DNA of 64,000 nt, from positions 90,168 to 154,167 of the forward strand of contig MGJB01000006.1 in assembly GCA_001794055.1 (NCBI GenBank), read 5' to 3'. Below, piece by piece: positions 33,161 to 42,129 of the stretch (positions within the stretch are counted from its first letter, which is position 1; every line of letters starts with the position of its first letter). Source of the DNA: Candidatus Yanofskybacteria bacterium RIFCSPHIGHO2_01_FULL_41_26 (GTDB lineage Bacteria; Patescibacteriota; Minisyncoccia; 2-02-FULL-40-12; GWA2-44-9). A program made the translations under genes and the position numbers. Under the pieces are notes generated by a model that saw only the letters and a program-made list of their open reading frames with translations, was not told the origin of the DNA and did no database searches.

Positions 33161-36100
33161 TTATTTGATACTCATTACCTTGCTGCCATACCCCCAAATA
33201 ACCCTATTTTCACTTAAAACCGGGGATATAACCGAGCTTACTCCCGTTGAAATGTGCCATCTCTCATTGCCGTCCTTATCAACGCCATAAACATCTCCCG
33301 ACTGGGTAGAGAAATAGGCACCGCCGTCTTTGTCTACTGCTATCTGTTGGTTTATTTTACCTTCGGCCTGGAATGACCAACTAACCGTAAGGTCAGATTT
33401 ATTAAGCGAGAAAAGTTTTGAACCGGAAGCAGGATTTGACCAGCTGTAATCTAAACCGACAAGAAGATTGGTCGGGGTAATTGAAACCATTGTTGCCCCC
33501 GAACCATTGCTGGCCGGTTCAATAACAGTCGTATTCAAAACAGAACCGTCAGGTGGAATGACGAACATTCTAAACCCGAAAGAAGAACCCCCATCATAAC
33601 CGATAGCCGAATAAGTCTTGCCTGTTGATTTGTCATGTGACGGATTCGACTGCATACTGCCATTGGCGCCGGTATAAGCCAAATCCCAAATTTTTGAGCC
33701 ATCAGACAAATATTTTGTAAAAAATTGATTACCGCTTATCCGTCTTGCCACAACACTATCGCCATTTTCAAGAACAATCGGAACAAAACCACTCAGGCCA
33801 GGATTACTGGCTTGGGTCTTTGTTGAGCCGCCTGTATTTAACACGACAAGCTTGTCGTTGCCGCTTGAATAGGTAAAATATGGTTCACCTTTTTCGGATA
33901 CAGTAAAAGCTTTGATCGTACTTGCATCATCATAATCCCATTTCTTGGTTCCGTCGGAATTAAGAGCCGTAAAAGCCAAAACTCCGCCAGCTCCGATACG
34001 GCCAAAATACACCACACCATCAGATAAGATTGCCGGGGTGCCAATACTGACATTGGTGGCGTATTCCCATTTTTGTACGCCATTTTTATCAAGTTTTATT
34101 AATTTTCCGGAACCGTTGGCCGAGCCGAAATAAATACCTCCGTCAGCTGAAACAACCGGCTGACCTACAGTATTTCCGGCTCCGGCATCAAATTCCCAGC
34201 TTATTGTTGCCCCAACACCCGGCCCCGCCAAACTAGCCGCAAAAGACGTGTGATATTGGTCTTTACCGAGCATAGACCAAGCCCCGTCGTCTATCGCGGA
34301 TGGGAAACTCACCTCGGCTATATTAGAAATATCTGAACACTTATCCACAGTTTCCCCATTACCGACTTCGCAAGTCGGTATGTTGATAACTTTTGTTTTC
34401 AGGGCAAAATAAAGTGTCTGGCCATAGTCATGGGCAATATCGGGAGTTACGATTTGCGATTCTCCCTCATTTCCGACGCTAGGCAAACTAGAGCTGGCTA
34501 CTTTTATTGCTAAATCCCAACTGGCGGAAGAAGGGAAACCGGTGAGCGAATATCGCAAATCGTAACTCAAACTGGCCGGACTGTAACCGCCTGGGTCGGG
34601 CGCCGACCATGAAATGGTAAGCGGTGAGTTGATGGTGGCCAATAAGTTGGTAACGGCTGATGGAGCTTGAGTTATAACATCAGCGCTATTCTGGGATTTA
34701 GGAGTTGATGTGGCGGTAATCCATCCGCCATCCATCCGTTGGGCAGTTTTTTTAGTGTCATTGTTGCCAATAATTTCGTCATTGCCGTTTATTTTCCACG
34801 CATTTGAACCATCAACTTGGTCAATTACAGTTCCGGAAATGTCTTTCAAAACTAAATTTTCTCCCGTATTGCCTAAAGCGCCGGTGTATATTTGGTCGGC
34901 ATCAATATCAGGCAACGTTTGATCATCGGTCCTTTCTAAGACATAAAAGCCAAACGGACTTATATTGCCAATCAGTGTTATGTCTGGCGTACCGTCTTTT
35001 GACTTAAGATTCCAATTGTTAAGATTTATGGTTTTGTTGGTGATGTTACGAAGTTCTATCCACTCATCGTTCGATAATGACGCTGAGGTTCCCATCCAAG
35101 CAATTTCGTTTAGGACAATGTCACCAAGATTGGCAGTGTCACCATCGGGTTCTGGTGACGGGATGGGTGACGGTGACGGCGATTGTGACGGAGTGGGAGT
35201 AGGAGTTGCTTGCGGTGAGCTTGTCGAATCCGGTGTCGAAGATGACCCGCCTCCTCCGCCGCCATATGAAACAATAACCTGAACCGCTGTGCTGTTTTTG
35301 GCTTTAGGCGTTCCGTTTATCAACCCGCCGGTTGCATCTTTATTTGTTGATGTCCCGGAAAAACTTTTCCAATTTGAGGCGCTATTACCGGCTTTCATCG
35401 AATCTATTCTCTCCATTGAATTCTTTGATGTTGAGTCACCGAAATACCATGCTTCACCCGTGCCACCAACCACATCTACCACAATGCCAATGCTATCAAA
35501 CAGTCTGATCATTTCGCCTGCATTGTTAAGGCCTCCTTGGCCAAAACCTGCAGCCAAATCAGCTGTTATATCGCTTACGGTATTATCATCTGTCCTCTCA
35601 ATTAAAAAATAGGAATTCGCTTGAATAATTGTCCCTTCCGAGAAAATAATATCAGGGGAATCATCGCTTGAAACCAACCGCCAACTGGATATGTCTATTG
35701 GGTTGTTTTCGGTGTTATAAAGCTCAATCCATTCATCTGTTGCAGAGGCATCCGTCCCCGCCCAGGCAATCTCGTTTATGACCACTGTGCCGAATTTCTT
35801 TGCTGTGGATAATTTTGGGATAGGAGATGGGGTTGGGGTAGTTGACAGCTTCGGTGTCGGTGCTGGTGTTTTTGATGGTGACAGAATAGGTGACACAAGA
35901 GGTGACACTATTGTGACACTGGTGACAGGTGTCTTTGTCACCAGTGGTGACGGTGACACTACTTGATTTGTCACCTTCGGTGTTGGTGTCACCATGTTGT
36001 CACCATCATTTGAGTTATCCACAATGTCATTATCGGTGCTAATTCCTATTAACCCCAGCAATCTTGCAAACCAGTTTTTCTCTAGCGGTTTATTGGCATA

Positions 36101-37075
36101 TTCTTGTTTTGCTTTCTCCGCTTCTGTTAAAAACAAGTTCAACGCCCCAGAGCCGTTAAGAACTACCTCTCTTGATAATCGGTCCCAATAGCCATCGAGG
36201 ATATCCTCACTCGATATTGTTAGTTCACCAGTTTTAATGATATTTTTAACTAATACATAATTACCACTCTTGTCTTTTTTATACCCTACTAAATCCTCCT
36301 CTCCTTTTTGATTTTTCTTATAAATCCAAAAATCTATTGTTGGGTTTGCATAGTTACTATCATTAATCGTATCTTTACTAAAAAAATTCCCATTTGAATA
36401 CTTGGCTATTTTATCAAAATATTCGCCCAGATTAGCAAGAATCACGGGCTTCAATCCTTCTTTTTTAAATTTAGAAGCAACATTAAAGTTATCAGGACTC
36501 CATTTCGCCATTTCATGTTCATACGGACTGCCGAATGTTCCTACCGGCGGATGGGGATCATTTCGAGTGTGGTCGGGAACTCCCATATCTTCCAATAAGT
36601 GCAGAAGGTGACCAAATGCAAGCATGGCTCTTTGTCTGTCTCCTTGAGCATAATCATTCATTGCTCGTTCATAAGAAAAGTCATCTGGACTTTTAATTAC
36701 CCCCGCTGATTGAGCAATACTATTGTTGGACATGGCAAGATTTGATTGAGCGCCAGAACTCATCGCCCACTGTTTGGATGTAGGGAATCCGGCCATACCA
36801 ATATTGTGAACTGGGTCATAGAAATGATTCATCGGCCTCATACCTTGGTCTTCATCCATGGAACCCTGAATTATCCAAGTTTTATCTTGATTATTTAACT
36901 TTTGAGAAAAGTTAAGATTATAAAAATCAACAATCTCGTCGGTTAACGCCGGGTGAGTATGCGGCTGGTCGTAAGCCGATGCTTTGGTAATGAAAAAGGC
37001 GCCAATAAGCGCCCCTCCTACTATTAAGTTTTTGATTCGTTTATGCCTCATAACTGGCTGATTTTCCATATCCAT
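33161..37075 (-). CDS. Secreted multidomain protein: Zn-phospholipase C/P1-nuclease-like domain, two lamin-tail domains, PQQ-type beta-propeller
   Basis: THPALT..DED..NHFYDP..GHLLHLLEDMGVPDH; two (I/L)NEIAW.GT...DEWIEL.N repeats; (K/R)WEY/WDY/WSF propeller blades. Confidence 0.75.
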   Translation of the reverse strand: MDMENQPVMRHKRIKNLIVGGALIGAFFITKASAYDQPHTHPALTDEIVDFYNLNFSQKLNNQDKTWIIQGSMDEDQGMRPMNHFYDPVHNIGMAGFPTSKQWAMSSGAQSNLAMSNNSIAQSAGVIKSPDDFSYERAMNDYAQGDRQRAMLAFGHLLHLLEDMGVPDHTRNDPHPPVGTFGSPYEHEMAKWSPDNFNVASKFKKEGLKPVILANLGEYFDKIAKYSNGNFFSKDTINDSNYANPTIDFWIYKKNQKGEEDLVGYKKDKSGNYVLVKNIIKTGELTISSEDILDGYWDRLSREVVLNGSGALNLFLTEAEKAKQEYANKPLEKNWFARLLGLIGISTDNDIVDNSNDGDNMVTPTPKVTNQVVSPSPLVTKTPVTSVTIVSPLVSPILSPSKTPAPTPKLSTTPTPSPIPKLSTAKKFGTVVINEIAWAGTDASATDEWIELYNTENNPIDISSWRLVSSDDSPDIIFSEGTIIQANSYFLIERTDDNTVSDITADLAAGFGQGGLNNAGEMIRLFDSIGIVVDVVGGTGEAWYFGDSTSKNSMERIDSMKAGNSASNWKSFSGTSTNKDATGGLINGTPKAKNSTAVQVIVSYGGGGGGSSSTPDSTSSPQATPTPTPSQSPSPSPIPSPEPDGDTANLGDIVLNEIAWMGTSASLSNDEWIELRNITNKTINLNNWNLKSKDGTPDITLIGNISPFGFYVLERTDDQTLPDIDADQIYTGALGNTGENLVLKDISGTVIDQVDGSNAWKINGNDEIIGNNDTKKTAQRMDGGWITATSTPKSQNSADVITQAPSAVTNLLATINSPLTISWSAPDPGGYSPASLSYDLRYSLTGFPSSASWDLAIKVASSSLPSVGNEGESQIVTPDIAHDYGQTLYFALKTKVINIPTCEVGNGETVDKCSDISNIAEVSFPSAIDDGAWSMLGKDQYHTSFAASLAGPGVGATISWEFDAGAGNTVGQPVVSADGGIYFGSANGSGKLIKLDKNGVQKWEYATNVSIGTPAILSDGVVYFGRIGAGGVLAFTALNSDGTKKWDYDDASTIKAFTVSEKGEPYFTYSSGNDKLVVLNTGGSTKTQASNPGLSGFVPIVLENGDSVVARRISGNQFFTKYLSDGSKIWDLAYTGANGSMQSNPSHDKSTGKTYSAIGYDGGSSFGFRMFVIPPDGSVLNTTVIEPASNGSGATMVSITPTNLLVGLDYSWSNPASGSKLFSLNKSDLTVSWSFQAEGKINQQIAVDKDGGAYFSTQSGDVYGVDKDGNERWHISTGVSSVISPVLSENRVIWGYGSKVMSIK
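34341..34389 (-). repeat. Degenerate intragenic copy of the RAYT REP
   Basis: TTATCCACAG...TACCGACTTCGCAAGTCGGTA-TGTTGATAA; read as INIPTCEVGNGETVDK. Confidence 0.85.
35877..36004. repeat. Array of ~11 GGTGACA/TGTCACC heptamers inside the 1304-aa CDS
   Basis: Direct and inverted copies counted by eye. Confidence 0.8.
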
Positions 37076-37614
37076 ATATTAGTCATCGTATTCTTAGAAA
37101 AAATAGTTTCTGCATTAAATCTACCTGCTGGAAGTGTGATTTTTTGGGTTTTTCCACCCGAAACAGGAAGTTCCGTTGTTGAAGGAGTTTCTCTTGTGTA
37201 TGAATATGTATATCTCACTTCCTCATCGTTACGATTTTGAGGAGTCCAAAATTTTCTGTTTTGTTCTAGTTCACCAATGAGATTTACCAATAAATTTTGA
37301 GATTGATATTCTTGAAATGTTTTTAGCCAGTTATCTTGTTTGCCCACCACAAAATACTTACTCGCCAAAGTCGTATCTCCCTTGCGCAAGGCGTCCAAGA
37401 ACATATCATAAGTTTCCTCTGGGGTTTTACCGCCATATTTGTCTTCACGGTAGGGTTTTTCCCATTGGGCCTGGAGTCGTTTGGCTTCCCAATTTGCCCG
37501 AAGATTATTGACATACGGCATGCCATTAAGGACAAACCACAAGACACCACCAGCCAGCAAAACCAAAAAGAGCACCCCGTACCAGCTCTTTAAGTTAATC
37601 CACAATTTATTCAT
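37048..37614 (-). CDS. Conserved hypothetical membrane-anchored protein (NTF2-like?)
   Basis: N-terminal TM; YGGKTPEETYDMFLDALRKGD...ASKYF; overlaps start of the downstream gene. Confidence 0.65.
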   Translation of the reverse strand: MNKLWINLKSWYGVLFLVLLAGGVLWFVLNGMPYVNNLRANWEAKRLQAQWEKPYREDKYGGKTPEETYDMFLDALRKGDTTLASKYFVVGKQDNWLKTFQEYQSQNLLVNLIGELEQNRKFWTPQNRNDEEVRYTYSYTRETPSTTELPVSGGKTQKITLPAGRFNAETIFSKNTMTNIWIWKISQL

Positions 37615-37798
37615 TAGTAAATCCTTTTGAACTGCCGCGAAATTAGAAGGTCCGCTAAATTAAGGAGGGATTTATAATCTATCGCACCCAATTCGCGCAG
37701 CAGATCAAAAAAATCTACTCTTCAAAAAATTTACTCTTTTTTCTTACACTTTTATTTATCAAAACAACTTCTCACTGTCAACCCAACCAATCCACCAC

Positions 37799-37837
37799 CC
37801 TGTGGATAACCGACTTGCGAAGTCGGTTATCCACAGG
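37799..37837 (+). repeat. 39-bp REP palindrome, left flank of RAYT
   Basis: CCTGTGGATAACCGACTT-GCG-AAGTCGGTTATCCACAGG, perfect 18-bp arms. Confidence 0.95.
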
Positions 37838-37861
37838 TACACTTTGGCAATCCAACAAACT

Positions 37862-38536
37862 ATGGCAACTGAACAAAATTTTTACCACACGCTAAATAGG
37901 GGTGTCGAAAAACGTAATATATTCCTAGATAAGCAGGACCATTTTCGTTTTATTCACAATTTATATGAACTCAATAATGAAGATAGGGTTGATACCACCT
38001 TTCATTCTTTTAAAGAAGATCCGAATCTTACCGACTTCGCAAATCGGAAACAAAGAAAAATATTGGTAGACATTCTTGCGTTTTGTTTAATGCCAAATCA
38101 TTATCACCTGCTTCTTTCACCAAAAATAGAGGGTGGGGTTCCTAAGTTTATGAATAAGATAAACATTGGCTACGCAAAATATTTTAATAAAAAATATAAG
38201 AGAGTTGGAGCGTTGTTTCAAGGAAGATATAAAAAAATATTAATAGCAGATAATACTCACTTTCTCCACCTTCCTTTTTATATCCATTTCAATCCGCTTG
38301 ATTTAAAATATCCTGAATGGAGAGAAAATAGAATATTAAATGCTGAAAAAGCTTTAGGGTTTTTAAAATCCTATCGTTGGAGCAGCCATTTAGACTATTT
38401 GGGTGTTAAAAATTTTCCGTCGATTATAAATAATGGCTTACTTACAGAAATTTTTGACGGAAGTAAGGGTTACGAAAAACTGATTAATAATTACCTAAAA
38501 GATATTCAAATAGATCCAGAGGTTGCGTTAGAATAA
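37862..38536 (+). mobile_element. REP-associated tyrosine transposase (RAYT, HUH Y1, IS200-like)
   Basis: YHTLNRG, FCLMPNHYHLLL (HUH), YFNKKYKRVGALFQGRYK, YIHFNP, YRWSS; flanked by inverted REPs. Confidence 0.9.
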
Positions 38537-38547
38537 AGAATGGTAAC

Positions 38548-38586
38548 CCTGTGGATAACCGACTTCGCAAGTCGGTTATCCACAGG
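38548..38586 (-). repeat. 39-bp REP palindrome, right flank of RAYT (inverted loop)
   Basis: CCTGTGGATAACCGACTT-CGC-AAGTCGGTTATCCACAGG. Confidence 0.95.
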
Positions 38587-38590
38587 TGGT

Positions 38591-39316
38591 TTATTTTTGT
38601 TTGCGGACAAGAATATTGGCGAGGTGAAGTGAATCAAAAGTTCCAGCATCAACCCAATATTTTTTGGCCTTGACATAATCCATTGCGCCTTCCCTGATAT
38701 AAAAATTATTCACATCAGTTATCTCGTATTCTCCTCGGTTGGATAGTTTAAGGTTTTTGATAACATCAAACACCCTATTGTCGTAAAGATAAAATCCCGT
38801 TACAGCCCAGTTGGTCGCAGGTTTTTTGGGTTTTTCGACAATATTTTTAATCGTTCCGTCTTTACGAAAAGAGGCCACGCCAAATCTTTGCGGATCAGAA
38901 ACTTTTTTTAAAACTATCAGGCCTCCCCTTTCTTTTTTAGAAAATTTCTTTACAGCGACGGAAAGATTGTCTCCGAAAATATTATCGCCTAAAACAAGGG
39001 CGACCGAATTGTTTTCGGCGAAAGACCTGGCTAAACCTAAACCATGAGCGATTCCCAATGGATCAACCTGAATTGTATAATATAAGTTGACACCCAGTTC
39101 ACTGCCGGAACCAAGAAGTTTCACATATTGGTCTGTATGTTCCTGCCCGCAAACTATCAATATATCCTTAATGCCGGCATTTTTAAGGGTAAGAATGGGA
39201 TAGTGGATTATCGTTTTATTTCCCACAGGCAAAAAGTGCTTTCCGACAACTTTTGTAACCGGCCAAAGGCGCGTGCCTTTACCGCCCGCCAAAATAACAC
39301 CTTTGATCATGTACAT
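38591..39316 (-). CDS. rmlA: Glucose-1-phosphate thymidylyltransferase (RmlA/SpsI-like)
   Basis: GVILAGGKGTRLWP, LGDN, RFGV, VEKP, RGEYEITD, WVDAGT. Confidence 0.85.
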   Translation of the reverse strand: MYMIKGVILAGGKGTRLWPVTKVVGKHFLPVGNKTIIHYPILTLKNAGIKDILIVCGQEHTDQYVKLLGSGSELGVNLYYTIQVDPLGIAHGLGLARSFAENNSVALVLGDNIFGDNLSVAVKKFSKKERGGLIVLKKVSDPQRFGVASFRKDGTIKNIVEKPKKPATNWAVTGFYLYDNRVFDVIKNLKLSNRGEYEITDVNNFYIREGAMDYVKAKKYWVDAGTFDSLHLANILVRKQK

Positions 39317-39325
39317 TAATTACCA

Positions 39326-39922
39326 CTAAACGATCGAATAGTAAACGGCGTTGTCCTTGGCCCATTTACGGATCAAGCCTTCGGCAGCTAATTCTTTTAA
39401 GTTCCTTTTTACAGTCCTCTCGGATAATATATTGAATTCTTCAATAATTTCTTTGGTGCGAGAATTGGGAGATCGTTTGATAAAATTAAAGATCCTATCT
39501 TTGTTTGAACTCTCCTTTAAATTTTTAAAGTGAGAATTTTTAGGAACAGAAGCAGGTGGCTTATTCTCTTTCAGTTTCGGGGTTAATTGGATTAGCTGAC
39601 CAGACGACTTGATCAGATCGAGTTTGAAACTTAGAAGATTTTTGCGGGTGTAAAGAAGGGGAGTGATTAATGTGGATTTAGAATGTTCCAGATAATCTAG
39701 AAGTTCTAATAAATCATCAGTTGCATTTCTGAATTCAAGAAAATTAATATTATGCGACACTACATCCTCTCCTCCTAAAGTAAGCAATTTAATGTAGCCG
39801 GCAACAAATTCGGATATTTTATCGTATAATTTCTGAGCTAGAAACTTGTCTTTCAATCCAGAAAAAAGTTTCACCAAAAATATTATAGAATTTATGAAAT
39901 TTTTTAAACCATCTTCTTCCAT
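39326..39922 (-). CDS. Helical N-terminal domain + DeoR-type winged HTH
   Basis: C-terminal LSERTVKRNLKELAAEGLI. Confidence 0.65.
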   Translation of the reverse strand: MEEDGLKNFINSIIFLVKLFSGLKDKFLAQKLYDKISEFVAGYIKLLTLGGEDVVSHNINFLEFRNATDDLLELLDYLEHSKSTLITPLLYTRKNLLSFKLDLIKSSGQLIQLTPKLKENKPPASVPKNSHFKNLKESSNKDRIFNFIKRSPNSRTKEIIEEFNILSERTVKRNLKELAAEGLIRKWAKDNAVYYSIV

Positions 39923-39940
39923 GGCTCGGATACTAACACA

Positions 39941-40954
39941 TCAAAAAAAATTATTGAAGAGTCCTTTCGCTTTATCCCAAAATTCCGGATGGCCGTTTTG
40001 TTTCATCCAATACCACCATTCGGCGCCCCAAAGATAAAAAGTATCAAACCCGGTCTTTGAAGAGAAGCTTATCATCTCACCAAACTTGTCTATTCCCATT
40101 CTCTGTAACTGGATATCAATGGGCGTATCGATTATTGGCTGAAGCAACCATGGTTCGGCAGAAAGCTCGATAACCATTGATGGTTTTGTTCCATAAATCA
40201 AACGAGTTAAAGAGTGTTTAATTCTGAAAAAAGCTGGCGTTATCGGATACCGAAGAGGACCGATGGCATTTCTCCACCACACATAAAGATATATGCTAGT
40301 CCCAAACACATCGCCTTTTCTATATGCTTGATACCAAGTTCCAAATTCACCACTATCAGTAAGTATCACTGGATGAACGGGGTCCAACCGATGAACCAAA
40401 GCAATTTCTTCATCCAAAATTTCTGAAGCTTTCTCATTATGCTGTTCGCAAGAAGACCGGCTGAAAAATCTTAGAAAAATCTCGTTTTCAACTTGCCAAT
40501 ACCGCAAAGCTGGCGAATTTTTATACCTATTTACAACCTTTTCAATATATTTTACGAGCTCTTGTTTGTGTTGATCATGAGACAAAGGAACAACCCAATC
40601 TGGAGTATGGCACTCCGGCCAGCCGGGAAGCCGATGGCCAACAGCAATTATTACCGAAGCATTCCTCTTTTCAGCCTCTTGCACCTGAAAATCAAGTTCA
40701 GAAAAATTGTAAATACCCTCTTTCGGTTCAGTAAGAGGCCAATGGGCAACGAGTCGCAGATTTCTTACTTTTAAATCATCGAGAACAGCCAAATATGTTT
40801 TCTTCCAGTCAAGTTTTAACTCATTAGAATGAAAAACACTAAAAGAGACCCCGTATACAAAATTTTTTTCAGGAGACATGTCCCATGATAAAATCCAAAG
40901 AAAACTTAAAGCAGCAATAAAAACCCAAAGAATTATATTTTTTTTGTTGATCAT
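39941..40954 (-). CDS. Membrane-anchored GH-A clan glycoside hydrolase (GH42/GH5-like)
   Basis: W..TEPKEG.YNF, PGWPECH.P, WQVENE, IELSAEPW. Confidence 0.68.
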   Translation of the reverse strand: MINKKNIILWVFIAALSFLWILSWDMSPEKNFVYGVSFSVFHSNELKLDWKKTYLAVLDDLKVRNLRLVAHWPLTEPKEGIYNFSELDFQVQEAEKRNASVIIAVGHRLPGWPECHTPDWVVPLSHDQHKQELVKYIEKVVNRYKNSPALRYWQVENEIFLRFFSRSSCEQHNEKASEILDEEIALVHRLDPVHPVILTDSGEFGTWYQAYRKGDVFGTSIYLYVWWRNAIGPLRYPITPAFFRIKHSLTRLIYGTKPSMVIELSAEPWLLQPIIDTPIDIQLQRMGIDKFGEMISFSSKTGFDTFYLWGAEWWYWMKQNGHPEFWDKAKGLFNNFF

Positions 40955-41820
40955 CTGAATAACATCAAAAAACCAACGCCAATGAAAGATATTCCAAGAA
41001 GCTTTTTGATGAGTATTTTTCTGGTAATATTTTCGGCCACATCAGGAAATATCTTTCCGAAAATAAGGGCCAGAATAAATACAAAAGAAAACTGTACGCC
41101 CAAAAGAGCATTCACCAATGAAACATTGCCGAGTTGAATAGCGTAGTAAAGGGTCAAGAAACCAACCCCCGCGATAATCTTATTTAAAATAAACAGAAAA
41201 AGGGAGGACTGTGGAGCATTTTTCAAGGAATTTGAAATTTCCCCCCTTGCTCGCGGAAAAACAAGCATAAACAGAGACGAACCGACAAAACCTATCCGTG
41301 TCCAAAAAATACCATTAACAAAATCGGAATAATTAAACGTCCACTTGAGAAGAACCAACGAAAGGCCGAAAAATAAACCTGCCAAAATTGAATATCTGAA
41401 AATGTCCCGCCTGATCATGCCAAGAAACAAGATTCCTAAAACCAAAAACACAAAAGCCAATCCATTATTTGTTCCTAGTTTTTCTTTTAAAATAAAGACT
41501 GATAAAACATAAGTAAAAATCGCGCTTAAAGTAGCAACATTGATAGATGCCACCGACACATCGCTTAATTTTATAGATTTATAAAGAAAGAAAAGAGCAA
41601 TAAAAAAAGCTGTTCCCGATACGAACGAAATAAAAAAATATTGAACACCAAGCCAGGCCACTCCAAATGGAATTAAAACCACGGCAAGAATGCTCAAGAT
41701 AGAAACTCCGAATGCATAAGCAAACGGACGAGGGAGAGAAGAGGAGAGGAGATGCTTGTCGATTACGAAAGCAATTGCATTTACAAAATAAGCTGTTAAG
41801 GCGAGATAAATCCAAAGCAT
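40951..41820 (-). CDS. DMT/EamA family transporter
   Basis: About 10 TM helices in two repeats; LKEKL, GNVSLVNAL. Confidence 0.75.
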   Translation of the reverse strand: MLWIYLALTAYFVNAIAFVIDKHLLSSSLPRPFAYAFGVSILSILAVVLIPFGVAWLGVQYFFISFVSGTAFFIALFFLYKSIKLSDVSVASINVATLSAIFTYVLSVFILKEKLGTNNGLAFVFLVLGILFLGMIRRDIFRYSILAGLFFGLSLVLLKWTFNYSDFVNGIFWTRIGFVGSSLFMLVFPRARGEISNSLKNAPQSSLFLFILNKIIAGVGFLTLYYAIQLGNVSLVNALLGVQFSFVFILALIFGKIFPDVAENITRKILIKKLLGISFIGVGFLMLFR

Positions 41821-41860
41821 GAAAATATTACTAATCTAAAATTATTAATTTATTATCTTG

Positions 41861-42129
41861 GAGCTAACGCTATGGATATTTCTCAGTCGCGATACCGGCA
41901 AATTGCGAGTGGCACAAGAAGCAACAACGAAGGTGTACTCATTGTACTCCGAGGAGGAGCGACGCAGTGTCCACTCGCAATTTGCCTTATCCCTCCTGGT
42001 TCTAGCTATTTTGTCCTATCGCTGCGTTACTTCTCGTCGCTGTAGTACCAACTACAACTTCCTTGAAGTGCCTGGCGCTAAGACAAAATAGCTAAGAACG
42101 CGACTGAGAAATATCCATAGCATTAGCTC
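41861..42129. mobile_element. MITE/REPIN-like structured element with 31-bp terminal inverted repeats
   Basis: 41861-41891 vs 42099-42129 inverted with 1 mismatch; two internal ~16-bp stems. Confidence 0.65.

Noticed and set aside
37802-37861. N-terminal extension of the RAYT ORF from GTG
   Set aside because: It is simply the REP read through; ATG at 37862 fits the family start
37799-38586. IS200/IS605 element with TnpB
   Set aside because: No tnpB; inverted identical hairpins, dispersed copies and the YRWSS motif indicate RAYT
41858-42091. 77-aa ORF
   Set aside because: Lies entirely within the inverted-repeat element; no SD or motif
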